A stretch of 64,000 nucleotides of DNA, taken from the NCBI GenBank assembly GCA_037481815.1, contig JBBFKX010000001.1:544001-608000 (forward strand), read 5' to 3'. The notes beneath the pieces were generated by a model, which did no database searches, was not told where the DNA came from, and was given only the letters and a program-made list of their open reading frames with translations. Below, in pieces: positions 40,647 to 51,741 of this stretch; the stretch's first letter is position 1; every line of letters starts with the position of its first letter. The translations under genes were made by a program, and so were the position numbers. The DNA is from a candidate division WOR-3 bacterium. GTDB lineage: Bacteria > Hydrothermota > 32-111.

Positions 40647-41210
40647 ATGCAGAAAAAAAATATCATCTCACTCACTGAAATGCAAGAGGAAACAAAAACT
40701 TCAAAGGAGTTTTTGCTTAAACTGATTCAAAAAAAAATCATTTTTCCTGCCCAAAAAAATCCTGAACTATTTTTTTTTAATAAAGATATTCAGAAAATCA
40801 AGAAAATAGTTGAACTGAAACAGCTGGGATTCACAGATTACGAAATTACAAAAATAGCAAGAGAAGTAGGTTTTCCTCAGGAAAGAGAGGAGAGTGGTGA
40901 AAAATTGTATTCTATCGGTGAATTCTGTAAAAAATATAATCTTTCATCAAGAAGAATTAAATATTGGGAGGCACTTGGTCTGTTTTTCCCAGCTGTGAGA
41001 TCAAAAGGAGGAGTTCGACTTTACAAGGATTCGTTGATAATTCATATCAAATTTATAAACAACCTTCAAAAGATTGGATTCGAACTTGATGAAATAAAAT
41101 CGATAATTGAAAATTCAGATACTCAAAAAATTGAAAATAGGATTAAAGAACTTTATAATATAATAAATGAAATAAAACCAATAATAAAAAATATAAAAAA
41201 GTTAAAATGA
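40647..41210 (+). CDS. MerR-family transcriptional regulator with two tandem MerR-like HTH modules
   Basis: C-terminal module YSIGEFCKKYNLSSRRIKYWEALGL..P...GVRLY...LQKIGFELDEIK; weaker N-terminal copy ending LKQLGFTDYEI. Confidence 0.82.
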   Translation: MQKKNIISLTEMQEETKTSKEFLLKLIQKKIIFPAQKNPELFFFNKDIQKIKKIVELKQLGFTDYEITKIAREVGFPQEREESGEKLYSIGEFCKKYNLSSRRIKYWEALGLFFPAVRSKGGVRLYKDSLIIHIKFINNLQKIGFELDEIKSIIENSDTQKIENRIKELYNIINEIKPIIKNIKKLK

Positions 41211-42263
41211 AAATATTTCTTTTTTAACTTTTTTTACAACATTTCTAAAAATTTTTTCATCAAAAGATATTTCGTTTAAAAATGAATATCTATCTTTTCT
41301 CAACTCTTTTGCTTTCTTTAAAGATTCAAAAATTTTTTCTTCATCCTGAAAAATATTTTTTAACTCTTCAATTATCCCAAAAGAACTGAAACAGGAAAAT
41401 ATTTTGTTGTATTCTTTCTTATCTCTTAAAAAAGAGATCAGAAGATGTCCGGCTCCAACTTTTTCTCCATGTAAAAAAGTATTATCTGGATACAAAAGGT
41501 CATACGCATGGGAAAAATTGTGTTCAGCACCTGATGCAGGTCTTGAAGATCCTGCGATCTCCATCGCTATTCCTGAAAGAACAAGACCGTTCAAAAGAAT
41601 TTTTATAAACTCCTCTTTATACACATTTTTTTCATCATAGTTCAAAACACTTTCAGCCGCTGAGAATGCAATCGCTTTAGAAAATCCATTATATTTTATT
41701 TCATAACCTTTTCTGTATGCAAGTTCCCAATCGTTTATTGCCGAAATGTTAGAAATCAAATCCATGATTCCAGAGAATATGAACCTTTTGGGAGCATTTT
41801 TGATAACTTCAATATCAACAACTATTCCAATAGGCATCGATGCTCCGACCGACATTCTTTTTCCATCTATAATGATGGATGCAACAGGAGATGCTATTCC
41901 ATCATGTGAAGGTAATGTAGGAATACTCAAAAAATATCCTCCATATCTGAAAGATGCGAATTTCCCTATGTCGAGTGCCTTCCCACCGCCAACACCTATT
42001 ATGAAATCAGATTTTAAACTTCTTGCAAATTTCTCAACTCTTTTAACCTCCTCATAAGTGTTTTCATTAACGAAAACAAATCTCTCTTTTTTGATTTTCA
42101 ACTTTTTTCCCACTATTAAAGCATAATCATAGGATTTCCCGGTATCGGTTACGATAACTGGATTGTTGATAAAAAGGTTTGCTTTTTCAAGAATTCTTTT
42201 TATGTTGTTTAAAGCATCATTCTCTATGGTTATGAATAAAGGAACATCTATACTGTTATACAT
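41202..42263 (-). CDS. glycerol-1-phosphate dehydrogenase-like (EgsA/AraM, DHQ-FeADH superfamily)
   Basis: GVGGGKALDIGK, PTLPSHDGIASP, GSSRPASGAEHNFSHA, HGEKVG. Confidence 0.85.
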   Translation of the reverse strand: MYNSIDVPLFITIENDALNNIKRILEKANLFINNPVIVTDTGKSYDYALIVGKKLKIKKERFVFVNENTYEEVKRVEKFARSLKSDFIIGVGGGKALDIGKFASFRYGGYFLSIPTLPSHDGIASPVASIIIDGKRMSVGASMPIGIVVDIEVIKNAPKRFIFSGIMDLISNISAINDWELAYRKGYEIKYNGFSKAIAFSAAESVLNYDEKNVYKEEFIKILLNGLVLSGIAMEIAGSSRPASGAEHNFSHAYDLLYPDNTFLHGEKVGAGHLLISFLRDKKEYNKIFSCFSSFGIIEELKNIFQDEEKIFESLKKAKELRKDRYSFLNEISFDEKIFRNVVKKVKKEIFSF

Positions 42264-44208
42264 CTTCACCCCTCTGTTCATTTTTCAAAAAGATTTTATT
42301 AACTTTCAGAGTTAAGTTATAATTTTTAGATTCATCTTCTATCTTTTCTAAAAAATCCTCACTCTCATTCAATTCTTTATCCTTTATAAGATATAAAAAT
42401 TTTACAATATCTCTTCTGTCAACTTTAAAAATGTAAGATTTTATCTTTTGATCTTGAATAAACAGTTTCATGTATGATCTTTTTGAAAGTAAGGTTTTTC
42501 TTATATACTCATGATCTACAAGATCAGATTCCTCTCCAAAAAGGAATAACAGGTTGACCTTATATTTTTCAAGAAGTGACTGGATCACAAAAATTTGATC
42601 GAGTGGGCTATAGTTTAGAATATTTAAATATTTGAACCTGATTCCTTCAAATATTTTCCTGTTATCAAGGATCCATATAAGATTGCCATTATCCTCTTTG
42701 GATACGACGAAAACTGTTTTGATCTCATTTCTTTCAAGTAACTTCATAATATTTGAAACAGTGTTCTTTTCACCAGGCCTTATATGTTTTAAAAAGAGAA
42801 CAGCAAAACTTTTTTCTCTTTTGATGGCTTTATATGCTGGTTCCATTATAGCAGCAAAAGGTATAAGAAGCACAAGTTGCAACGCTTCCTGTGCCCAAAC
42901 TGCAGTATAGATTGAAGCGATAAGGTATACAACCGATATTCCCGGCAAAGCGAAGGATATTATTCTCAAAAATTTATCCTCTATATGGATAGCCCTTGAA
43001 AGTGAAAAAGATATGATATAGATGTAGATCAAAAGAAGAATGAAAACACCACCAATTCCTATTTCAAGGATAAACGTTGGAAGGGAGATAGAGGGTTCAA
43101 AAACCATTTCATACTCTTTCATAAAATTCGATGTTCCAAAATTTTTCGAAATTGCAACCGTACCCGGGCCATTCCCAAAAGTGAGTGTTAATATGTCCCT
43201 TGTAAGATACTGGTAAGCGAAAAGAAGATTACTCAACCTTCTAAGTTTACCTTCTGTATATGTACCAACCATATCCTTTTTTATATTTTCCGTCGATGAA
43301 ATCGTTTGCAGCGTTTTTGCTGTATCAGGTTCAAATATTGGAACAATATAGATCAAGGTTACATAAAAGATCAAAAAAATTAGTACTATTCCAACGATCG
43401 TAAAAAAAATTGAGTAAACTGAAGTGTATTTCACATGAAACATATAGATAAGAAACATAAAAATTATAGATATTCCAAAGAAAATGAATCCAGCTCGTGC
43501 GGATGAAAGAACGAGTGGAATCATAAAGAAAGCTGAGTACAAAAGATATTTTAATCTTATCCTGTCAACGATCATCATTCCAAGAATTATCAAAAACATA
43601 GAAGCCATCAAAACAGCATTTATACCACTCCCATACCTTGCAAGAAAACCACCACACCAGTCAGGTCTATTACCATTCAAAAACTGGAAAATTGAAGTTG
43701 GAACCTGCAAAAATGACATAAAGATTATAAATTTAATCAAATTTTTGTAACTTTCAGTTTTTATATTCAATCTCATTAAAGCGATAAAAAGGACAGGATA
43801 TCTTATATACATTATAAGACCTTTCAACTTCAAAGGTAACGATTCTCTTCCAAGAGCAGTTGAAATCAGTAAAAATACAATATAGAACATAAACAGTATT
43901 TCTATCCTGTTTATCTTCTTTTTACCATTTAATAAACTGTATAAAAACAACATATATATTATAAGATCGTACAAAAAAACTATCTTTCCAGGCAAGTGAT
44001 AAACTTCAACAACAAAATTGAAAGTATATCCTGAAAATATAAGTATCATAAGTGCAAGTTCAAGATTTGTAACAACTATAACACTCAAAAGCAAAACACC
44101 AACGAGTGCGATTTTTAAGGTGTCTGCTTTACCTAAAAAGAGTATAAATAAAAGAAGGATTAAAATAAAAACAATTCTCAAAAATTTATTCTCTATCGCA
44201 AAATTCAT
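42256..44208 (-). CDS. Wzy/O-antigen-ligase-like membrane protein with a ~190 aa soluble C-terminal domain
   Basis: ~12 TMs, SSARAG, FGNGPG, EIGIGG; in polysaccharide locus. Confidence 0.65.
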   Translation of the reverse strand: MNFAIENKFLRIVFILILLLFILFLGKADTLKIALVGVLLLSVIVVTNLELALMILIFSGYTFNFVVEVYHLPGKIVFLYDLIIYMLFLYSLLNGKKKINRIEILFMFYIVFLLISTALGRESLPLKLKGLIMYIRYPVLFIALMRLNIKTESYKNLIKFIIFMSFLQVPTSIFQFLNGNRPDWCGGFLARYGSGINAVLMASMFLIILGMMIVDRIRLKYLLYSAFFMIPLVLSSARAGFIFFGISIIFMFLIYMFHVKYTSVYSIFFTIVGIVLIFLIFYVTLIYIVPIFEPDTAKTLQTISSTENIKKDMVGTYTEGKLRRLSNLLFAYQYLTRDILTLTFGNGPGTVAISKNFGTSNFMKEYEMVFEPSISLPTFILEIGIGGVFILLLIYIYIISFSLSRAIHIEDKFLRIISFALPGISVVYLIASIYTAVWAQEALQLVLLIPFAAIMEPAYKAIKREKSFAVLFLKHIRPGEKNTVSNIMKLLERNEIKTVFVVSKEDNGNLIWILDNRKIFEGIRFKYLNILNYSPLDQIFVIQSLLEKYKVNLLFLFGEESDLVDHEYIRKTLLSKRSYMKLFIQDQKIKSYIFKVDRRDIVKFLYLIKDKELNESEDFLEKIEDESKNYNLTLKVNKIFLKNEQRGEDV

Positions 44209-45332
44209 CTTTCCTCACAAAAAAGTTTTTCTCTGTAAAAATTATAAACCTTTTTAGCAATGATGTCATAAGAAAAATTGTTTCTAACATGATCTGATAA
44301 TTTTAATGATTCTTTCTTATAAAATTCTTCGTTTTCAAAAAAATGCTTGAATGCATGATAAAGATTTTCCCATGAGATTGGATCATAGAGAACATACCCA
44401 TTTATATTCTCAGGCAAAACATCGATATGTGGTTTAATTTTTGAAAGCACAATGGGTTTTCCCATCGCCATATACTCCATAACCTTTAAAGAACTCGCTC
44501 CCTTCCACCATATTAGGTCAGGTAAAGGGGAAACACAAACATCCGCGATACTTATGTATCCAGGGACCTCTTCATATTTCACAGGTGGAAGTACAATGTT
44601 ACCTGAACCGATAATCGCATTTTCGATTTCTTTATCACCAGAACCCACAACAAAAAGAATAATGTTTCTATTTTCTTCTTTTAACCTATCAACAGATAAT
44701 ATCAACTCTTCAAGACCTCTCTGTTTTGAAATCGAACCATGATAAAAAATGATCTTTTTGTTTTCAAGGTTATATTTTTTTAAGATTGAAAAACTTTTGT
44801 CTTTACTTTGAAAAATCTCCGTATTTACACCTGAAGGGTAAACAACATAGTTTCTAAATTTTTTCTTAATATAACTTTCACAAATACTTTTTGTTTCCTC
44901 AGTTATAAAAGATAAACCATCAAAGAAAAAATATGCAGCCCAGAGGACATGTTTAAATTTCATCATCTCTCTTTTTGTTGGATCAACTACTGGAATAGAT
45001 CTTACATCTAAAACAAATTTCTGTTGTCCTCCAAGAATTTTTCTAAAGAAATAATTTGGTAAAAAGATTATTAAAGAGTTTGGATCAAAAACCAAGACCA
45101 CTTTTTCTTTTCTAAATTTAAAAAGATAAAATGCAATTTTTAATTTTATGAGTATCGTTATATCTTTGAAAGAATTGAAAAGTTTTACAAATTCTGGTTC
45201 ATCATCCTTTTTACCGAAAGCCACAAGTTCAGAATCGATATTTAATTTGTTAAAAGATCTAACGATTTCCCTTTCACTCGATATATAAAATCTTTTCCGA
45301 AAATCCTGAAACCTTATATAAATAATCTTCAT
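44205..45332 (-). CDS. GT4 glycosyltransferase
   Basis: YHGSISKQRG, SLKVMEYMAMGKPIV. Confidence 0.9.
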   Translation of the reverse strand: MKIIYIRFQDFRKRFYISSEREIVRSFNKLNIDSELVAFGKKDDEPEFVKLFNSFKDITILIKLKIAFYLFKFRKEKVVLVFDPNSLIIFLPNYFFRKILGGQQKFVLDVRSIPVVDPTKREMMKFKHVLWAAYFFFDGLSFITEETKSICESYIKKKFRNYVVYPSGVNTEIFQSKDKSFSILKKYNLENKKIIFYHGSISKQRGLEELILSVDRLKEENRNIILFVVGSGDKEIENAIIGSGNIVLPPVKYEEVPGYISIADVCVSPLPDLIWWKGASSLKVMEYMAMGKPIVLSKIKPHIDVLPENINGYVLYDPISWENLYHAFKHFFENEEFYKKESLKLSDHVRNNFSYDIIAKKVYNFYREKLFCEER

Positions 45333-46453
45333 TTAAAAGAATCCTCCAGTATTGAAATGAAATGATCAAAATTAAATTTTTCAATTATTATTTTTCTTGC
45401 ATTAATACCTTTTACTTTGACCTTATCATAATTTTCAACAATAAAATCGAGTGTTTTGGCAAGTTGATTGGAATCGATCTTTTCCAGTCCAAAGTATGAA
45501 TTCTCGTCAAAATATCTTTCCATAGAACAGGTTTTCTTACAAACAACTATCCTTGCGGAAGAAAACGCTTCAAGTATCGACTGTGCGAACGCTGGTTCAA
45601 AAGGCGAAGGATAAACAAATATATGATGTATTGAAATGACTTCTTTAACATTTTTAGTTGGAGGATTTATTTTAACAGTATCAAAAAGAGCAAGTTTTTC
45701 AACAAGTTTTTCGATTTTCTCTCTATAATCTCCATCTCCAAACAGGGAAACAAAAATCTTTTTCCGATTTTCCTTTTTCATCTTATGAACAGCTTTAATA
45801 AGTATATCAGGTCTTTTAAAACCGTTATACTTACCAAGATAATATACACCCAATCTTTCATCAGATTCAGGTAAAGGTAGATCATAATCTTTCTGTTCAA
45901 TCGGATTGGGTGTTGGAATCAATCTTTTGGGGTTAACTTTAAAAACTTTTACAAACTGTTTCTCTTCCATTCCTTTTGCAATAAATAGATCAGTTAGTTT
46001 TGAAGATATTTTGTTATAAACATAAACAATTTTACTCTCATGTTCTTTCAGATGATATACAGAACTTGTAGGCCAGAGGACAACAGTTTTTATCGAAAAG
46101 ATCTTACCCAGTAAAATAGCTGGGAACATAACCGCTTCAGCATAATGAATATTTATAATATCAACTCTTTCTTTGTATATAATTTTCAAAACAAATAGAA
46201 ATCCCAAAACAATATCAACCAATTCTTTTAGAATCTTTTTTTTCGAAAAAATATCATACATTTTTTCAAACCTTCCAATGTTGTAAAAAAGAGCTTTACT
46301 GTTTAATCTTTCATTGTTTCCCTTAATGCAGAAAAGTACGACAGAGTTCCCTCTATTTATAAGGTAATCTATTATATATCTTGAAGTTTTTTCAGATCCT
46401 GATTCATAAGGATAAAAATATTTTGAAACGATTAAAATTTTTTTCTTTTTCAA
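45329..46453 (-). CDS. GT4 glycosyltransferase
   Basis: [28 protein letters not shown] (EX7E-like). Confidence 0.85.
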   Translation of the reverse strand: MKKKKILIVSKYFYPYESGSEKTSRYIIDYLINRGNSVVLFCIKGNNERLNSKALFYNIGRFEKMYDIFSKKKILKELVDIVLGFLFVLKIIYKERVDIINIHYAEAVMFPAILLGKIFSIKTVVLWPTSSVYHLKEHESKIVYVYNKISSKLTDLFIAKGMEEKQFVKVFKVNPKRLIPTPNPIEQKDYDLPLPESDERLGVYYLGKYNGFKRPDILIKAVHKMKKENRKKIFVSLFGDGDYREKIEKLVEKLALFDTVKINPPTKNVKEVISIHHIFVYPSPFEPAFAQSILEAFSSARIVVCKKTCSMERYFDENSYFGLEKIDSNQLAKTLDFIVENYDKVKVKGINARKIIIEKFNFDHFISILEDSFK

Positions 46454-47061
46454 AAACGCTCCTTTATAATCTTTGCAGGTACACCTGCAACAATAACTTT
46501 TTCAGGCACATCCTTTGTCACAACAGCCCCTGCCGCAACGATCGAACCTTTTCCTATTCTCACGCCATCAAGAATTTTCGCACCACTTCCTATCCAGACA
46601 TCTTCTTCAATGGTGATACCTGTACCATGAACTCCCTGTTCAAAAATTTTTCGTTCAGGATCTTCAAAGATATGATTCCCTGAAATTATAAGTGTTTGAG
46701 GACCTATCCTCACAAAATCTTTTATAACAATATCACCTTTTGAAATGATCATCGAAAAACTGTTAAGTGAACAATTTTTACCAATGACTACTTTCCCACC
46801 CGAAACCCTTATTATCGTATATGGTTGTATATGACAATTTTCTCCGATAATCAAAGAATCTTTTTCTTTTGAAGCACTAAGTGTTACATTATGATATATT
46901 ATAGTTTTAGCACCGATAAAAATATTTTCCGGATGAGAAAGATAAGGGATATCGTAAAAAGTAACAATACCATTTGTTTTTAAAAGGAATTTTGAACATG
47001 CATAGGATAAAACGATCTTTTTCAATTTTCTATAATTTTGAACTATCTTTGTTAGTATCAT
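46450..47061 (-). CDS. hexapeptide-repeat (LbH) sugar acyltransferase
   Basis: [36 protein letters not shown]...GVPAK. Confidence 0.9.
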   Translation of the reverse strand: MILTKIVQNYRKLKKIVLSYACSKFLLKTNGIVTFYDIPYLSHPENIFIGAKTIIYHNVTLSASKEKDSLIIGENCHIQPYTIIRVSGGKVVIGKNCSLNSFSMIISKGDIVIKDFVRIGPQTLIISGNHIFEDPERKIFEQGVHGTGITIEEDVWIGSGAKILDGVRIGKGSIVAAGAVVTKDVPEKVIVAGVPAKIIKERF

Positions 47062-48599
47062 AGTTTTACAAAAAAAAGTTTCATTTTTCTAAACATCTGA
47101 TTAACTATATCTTTCTCATCGGTTTCAAATGGATTGACGATTTTTGAAAGAACATAGAACGATAATATTCCTAAAATAAATGTTAAAATTATAAAAATGT
47201 ATGCCTGTAAAGGTACATTGAAAACAAAAAACTTTTTTATAAAAGAGATAAAAAAGTATATTAATAAAGAAATAAATGTCGTCCTCAACAACGACATAAT
47301 TGGAAACGAAAGTTTTACATACTTTCTCAAAAGAACAACTATTATCAAATTTTTCATCAGAATGGAAGTCCCAAGAATAACAGCAACACCGATGATACCA
47401 AAATATTTAATAATCACAATAGATCCCATTATGTTAAAAACCAACGAGATTTTACTTATAAGATTTATTTCAAGTTTTTCAAGGGAAAGAACAACAAAAG
47501 CGAGTGGGACCTGAAAAGCGTTGAAAAGAGTGAACATAAAGATGATATCCGTTATCCTTTTTGAATCCATATATTTTGGATCAAAAACAAACCTGATAAC
47601 AAGATCTGATACTGAAATAAAATAAAAACAGAGAAATGAGAAAACCCAGAAAAAAAATTTGTAAAGAAAAACATACATCCTGTTCAGATATTCTTTATCA
47701 TCCTGTTTATTCACATATTTCATAAAAAAAATTGGTTTTAAAACATTCGCTATCTGATCGATTGGAAATATCTTCATAAAAAGATCGTTGATTTTGTAAG
47801 CAAAAGAATATTTCCCAAGTTCAACAGGATTCGACATCGATGAGATCACATAATAACTTGTCGATTTGTTTATCATACCAGCACCAACTTCATTAAAAAA
47901 TGATAAAACACCATATCTAAATATCCTTTTTCTTAGATTCTCGATTTTTTCTTTTGACTCATGATATATGTTCTTCTTTATGAATTTGAATATCACCAAA
48001 AAATAGATCTGGAAAGAGTTAAAAAAACTTGTGAATGATTCTATCAGAAAAATTTTTTTAAGATCTATTTCGAAAATAAAAATACCATAAACAAGAACTC
48101 TAACGACAGATGCGATTATATTCATCACTGCTGTCTCTTTTTGAAGAAGAGTGGATGAAGATATCGCTCTAACATAAAGTAAAACAATATATCCAAAAAG
48201 AAAAAGGATTATCTCGGCTCTGTAATGCATTATATCAGGTAAATTGAAAAAAGATGAGAATTGCTTTGAAAAAATGTAAAAGACGATCGAGATTAGAATT
48301 AACGAAACAAAAACTATGACAAAAGAATATTCAAGCAGTTTTTTTAAAATCGAGAACCTTTTTTTTTCAATAAGTTCCGGGATAAATCTGTTGAGTATCG
48401 TTGAAACACTTGAAAGTGAAAAGATTTGAACGAAAGAGAATGACCCAAGGATAAAACTGTACAAGCCAAATTCTTCTATCGTTAATTTTCTTATTATGTA
48501 AATCGATATCAGAAGATTTGATAGAGAGACAAAAAGATTGCCTATATATAAAAACAGGGTGTTTTTAACAGCATAATCGATAGCGATTTCTTTTTTCAT
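47058..48599 (-). CDS. wzx: Wzx-type oligosaccharide flippase
   Basis: ~14 TMs, [20 protein letters not shown]; locus context. Confidence 0.82.
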   Translation of the reverse strand: MKKEIAIDYAVKNTLFLYIGNLFVSLSNLLISIYIIRKLTIEEFGLYSFILGSFSFVQIFSLSSVSTILNRFIPELIEKKRFSILKKLLEYSFVIVFVSLILISIVFYIFSKQFSSFFNLPDIMHYRAEIILFLFGYIVLLYVRAISSSTLLQKETAVMNIIASVVRVLVYGIFIFEIDLKKIFLIESFTSFFNSFQIYFLVIFKFIKKNIYHESKEKIENLRKRIFRYGVLSFFNEVGAGMINKSTSYYVISSMSNPVELGKYSFAYKINDLFMKIFPIDQIANVLKPIFFMKYVNKQDDKEYLNRMYVFLYKFFFWVFSFLCFYFISVSDLVIRFVFDPKYMDSKRITDIIFMFTLFNAFQVPLAFVVLSLEKLEINLISKISLVFNIMGSIVIIKYFGIIGVAVILGTSILMKNLIIVVLLRKYVKLSFPIMSLLRTTFISLLIYFFISFIKKFFVFNVPLQAYIFIILTFILGILSFYVLSKIVNPFETDEKDIVNQMFRKMKLFFVKL

Positions 48600-49564
48600 C
48601 AAACATTATTCTTTAAGTTTTCCAGATCACTATCAACCATCATGTTGACAAGTTCTTTGAAGGAAACAGTTGGTTCCCATCCAAGAATCTTTTTCGCTTT
48701 TGAATAATCTCCAACAAGTTGGTCAACCTCTGCGGGTCTAAAAAGATCTTTATCGATAACAACATATTTTTCATAATCAAGTCCAACCCTTTCAAAAGCC
48801 AGTCTAACGAACTCCCTTACACTATGTGTCTCTCCAGTTGCGATAACATAATCTGAAGGATTATCCTGTTGAAGCATCATATACATCGCTTTAACATAAT
48901 CACCTGCAAATCCCCAATCCCTTTTTGCCTCAAGGTTTCCAAGATACAATTTATCCTGTAACCCCAGTTTAATTTTTGCAACACCTTCACTTATCTTTCG
49001 TGTAACAAACTCTCTTCCCCTTCTTGGACTCTCATGGTTAAAAAGTATTCCAGAACATGCAAAGATTCCATAACTTTCTCTGTAGTTGACTGTTATGAAA
49101 TGTCCATAAACTTTTGCAACACCATATGGAGACCTCGGATAAAACGGGGTCGTCTCTTTTTGTGGTATTTCAAGCACTTTGCCAAACATTTCACTCGATG
49201 ATGCCTGATAGAATCTTATCCTTTTATCAACAAGTTTTATTGCTTCCAACAATCTTGTAACACCAAGTGCTGTAAACTCCCCAGTTAAAATCGGCTGCTT
49301 CCATGATGTTGGAACAAAAGATTGTGCAGCGAGATTATAGATTTCATCTGGTCTGATCTCATCAACCATCTCTATCAAAGAAGAGAAATCGAGCAGATCA
49401 GCATGATAAAATTTGATCTTATCTTTTATGTGCTCGATTCTTTCAAAATTTTCAGTTGAAGATCTTCTAACCATTCCATAAACTTCATATCCCAAAGAAA
49501 GCAGAAATTCAGCAAGATATGAACCATCCTGCCCTGTTATTCCTGTTATAATCGCTTTTTTCAT
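48599..49564 (-). CDS. gmd: GDP-mannose 4,6-dehydratase
   Basis: [33 protein letters not shown]. Confidence 0.97.
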   Translation of the reverse strand: MKKAIITGITGQDGSYLAEFLLSLGYEVYGMVRRSSTENFERIEHIKDKIKFYHADLLDFSSLIEMVDEIRPDEIYNLAAQSFVPTSWKQPILTGEFTALGVTRLLEAIKLVDKRIRFYQASSSEMFGKVLEIPQKETTPFYPRSPYGVAKVYGHFITVNYRESYGIFACSGILFNHESPRRGREFVTRKISEGVAKIKLGLQDKLYLGNLEAKRDWGFAGDYVKAMYMMLQQDNPSDYVIATGETHSVREFVRLAFERVGLDYEKYVVIDKDLFRPAEVDQLVGDYSKAKKILGWEPTVSFKELVNMMVDSDLENLKNNV

Positions 49565-51732
49565 AATTCACCTACTCCATAATATTTTTTATAGTAAACA
49601 GAATAGTATGATGAAACCTCTGTTTTTGAACTGTTAAGTATAACACCTAGTATCTTTCTTTTTACAGGTACAAGAAGTTTTCGCGCATGCCTTAAATCTT
49701 TTCTTTTTACTTTTCCAGGTGAAACGACCCATAAGAGTTTATCCGCATAGTTGGCAAGAATTATTGGATCAGTAACAACGTTAACAGGTGGAGCATCTAT
49801 GAGAACATAATCGTATTCATTCTTTGCTATTTCAAGCAACTCTTTTGTTTTGTTACTCTCAAGAAGTTCTGAAGGATTTACAGGTCTTGTTCCATATGTT
49901 ATAACCGTAAGATTATCAACTTCAGTTTTTCTTTTTATCTCTTCATATGTAGCTTTTCCATTTATGTAATGTGCAAGACCTGTTCCATTTTTTACATTGA
50001 AAATTTTGTGTATTACAGGTTTTCTCATATCGGCATCAATCAACACCACCTTTTTCCCAAGGTTAGCCATCGTTATTCCAAGGTTTGATATTGTTGTTGA
50101 TTTTCCTTCACCAGGAATCGATGATGTGAAAACATAAACGAGTTTTTCTCCCTCTTTACTTCTATATTTAATCTGTGTCCTAATACTCCTATACGCTTCC
50201 GCTATTGGTGCATGAGGTTCCATATTTATTATCAATTTTTTCCTCATCTTATCTACCATCTCATCCTCTGAAAGTTTTCTATCAACTTTACTCTTTTCCT
50301 TTTTTCCATTACCACCAATATATGTTATTATCCCAAGTATCTGCTCTCCTGTATAATGTTCTACCTCTTCTGTTGTTCTGATCGACTCATCGAGGAAGAA
50401 GAGTATGAAAGCCACAGTTATTCCAAAAAATATTCCCAAGATTATACCAAGCATAAAATTCTTTTCTTTGTTTGGACTTATAGGTATAGTTGATACAACA
50501 GCTGTATCTATTATTGATACATTTCCAACCTCTGCAACCTCCTGAAGTTTTGCTTCCTCATATCTCCTTTTAAGCATAAGATAAATATCTTCGTTGACCT
50601 TTGCATTTCTTTCAAGTCTTACAAGTTGAATCGATTGATCGGGAACATTTTCAAGTTTACTGTTGTAAACATCAATAATTTTTTTCAACGCTTCTGCTTT
50701 TGCCTGTAAAAGTGAAACATTGTTGTTTATCTCAAGTATCTGCTGGGCTATTTCGCCTGAGTATTTAAATGGATCTTTCTGAACAGTTTTTTCTTTAAAC
50801 GATTTTTCGGTTTCCTCTTTTAACTGTGTTTTCAGATTTTCAATCTTTGAATTTATTTGAATGATTTTCGGATGTTCATTAGAATATCCCTGAGATAGAT
50901 AGTACGCTTTATCAGTTTCAAGTTTTGAAATCTCAGCAAAAATGTTTTCCATCACATTTGATTTATAGCTTGAAATATTCTCGATCATGTCTTTTTGTGT
51001 CTGGTCAAGTTCTTTTAATAGATATTCTTTCTGTTTTGTATAACTGTCTATGTTTAAAAGTATTCCTTTATAATCGGTTTCAAATTGTGAAACCTGGTTT
51101 ATCAAAATTCTTGTTTCATCTTCAAGGTTGGAAATCTTATTGCTCTTTTTATAGTCCCTCAAAAGAATTTCTGAGTGGTTGAGTTCACTTTCTATCTTTT
51201 TCAACTGTTCTTCAAGGAATATTCTAACCTGTGAAACGGTCATTCTCATCGCATCAAGGTTCATCCTGTAATATTCTCTTGCTATTTTGTTCGTTATGTA
51301 TGCTGCAAGGAAAGGATCTGTACTTTTATAACTCACTTCAATAATATAGGTATCCTGAATTTTATTTATAGAGAGATTCTGTCTTGATGCAGAAACCTTT
51401 GTATAACCTTTCTGTTTTAAAATCGTATCTTCTTTTAAAGAAAGGTTGACCCTTTCCATTAAAGATCTTGATTTAAGAATCTGGGTTTGATTGTTCAACA
51501 ATGCAACCATTCCAAGAGGATCCGTCACAGGAAAAAATGTTGAACCAGTATTTACCCTTTCAAACATTAGAACAGTTTTTGCAGTATATTTTGGTTTTTC
51601 AAGTAAAGTTAAAACAACGGAAAGAAAAAATATAATCGCTGCTATAACTATTATCAATAACCTGTATTTTGATACTATCGCTAAATAATCGTTAAGCGAT
51701 AGCTTCTCCTGTTCCTGAAGATCTTCTAACAT
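49561..51732 (-). CDS. wzc: polysaccharide co-polymerase / BY-kinase
   Basis: Two TMs around a coiled coil, [24 protein letters not shown]-terminal Tyr cluster [10 protein letters not shown]. Confidence 0.92.
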   Translation of the reverse strand: MLEDLQEQEKLSLNDYLAIVSKYRLLIIVIAAIIFFLSVVLTLLEKPKYTAKTVLMFERVNTGSTFFPVTDPLGMVALLNNQTQILKSRSLMERVNLSLKEDTILKQKGYTKVSASRQNLSINKIQDTYIIEVSYKSTDPFLAAYITNKIAREYYRMNLDAMRMTVSQVRIFLEEQLKKIESELNHSEILLRDYKKSNKISNLEDETRILINQVSQFETDYKGILLNIDSYTKQKEYLLKELDQTQKDMIENISSYKSNVMENIFAEISKLETDKAYYLSQGYSNEHPKIIQINSKIENLKTQLKEETEKSFKEKTVQKDPFKYSGEIAQQILEINNNVSLLQAKAEALKKIIDVYNSKLENVPDQSIQLVRLERNAKVNEDIYLMLKRRYEEAKLQEVAEVGNVSIIDTAVVSTIPISPNKEKNFMLGIILGIFFGITVAFILFFLDESIRTTEEVEHYTGEQILGIITYIGGNGKKEKSKVDRKLSEDEMVDKMRKKLIINMEPHAPIAEAYRSIRTQIKYRSKEGEKLVYVFTSSIPGEGKSTTISNLGITMANLGKKVVLIDADMRKPVIHKIFNVKNGTGLAHYINGKATYEEIKRKTEVDNLTVITYGTRPVNPSELLESNKTKELLEIAKNEYDYVLIDAPPVNVVTDPIILANYADKLLWVVSPGKVKRKDLRHARKLLVPVKRKILGVILNSSKTEVSSYYSVYYKKYYGVGEL

Positions 51733-51741
51733 AAAAACCCC

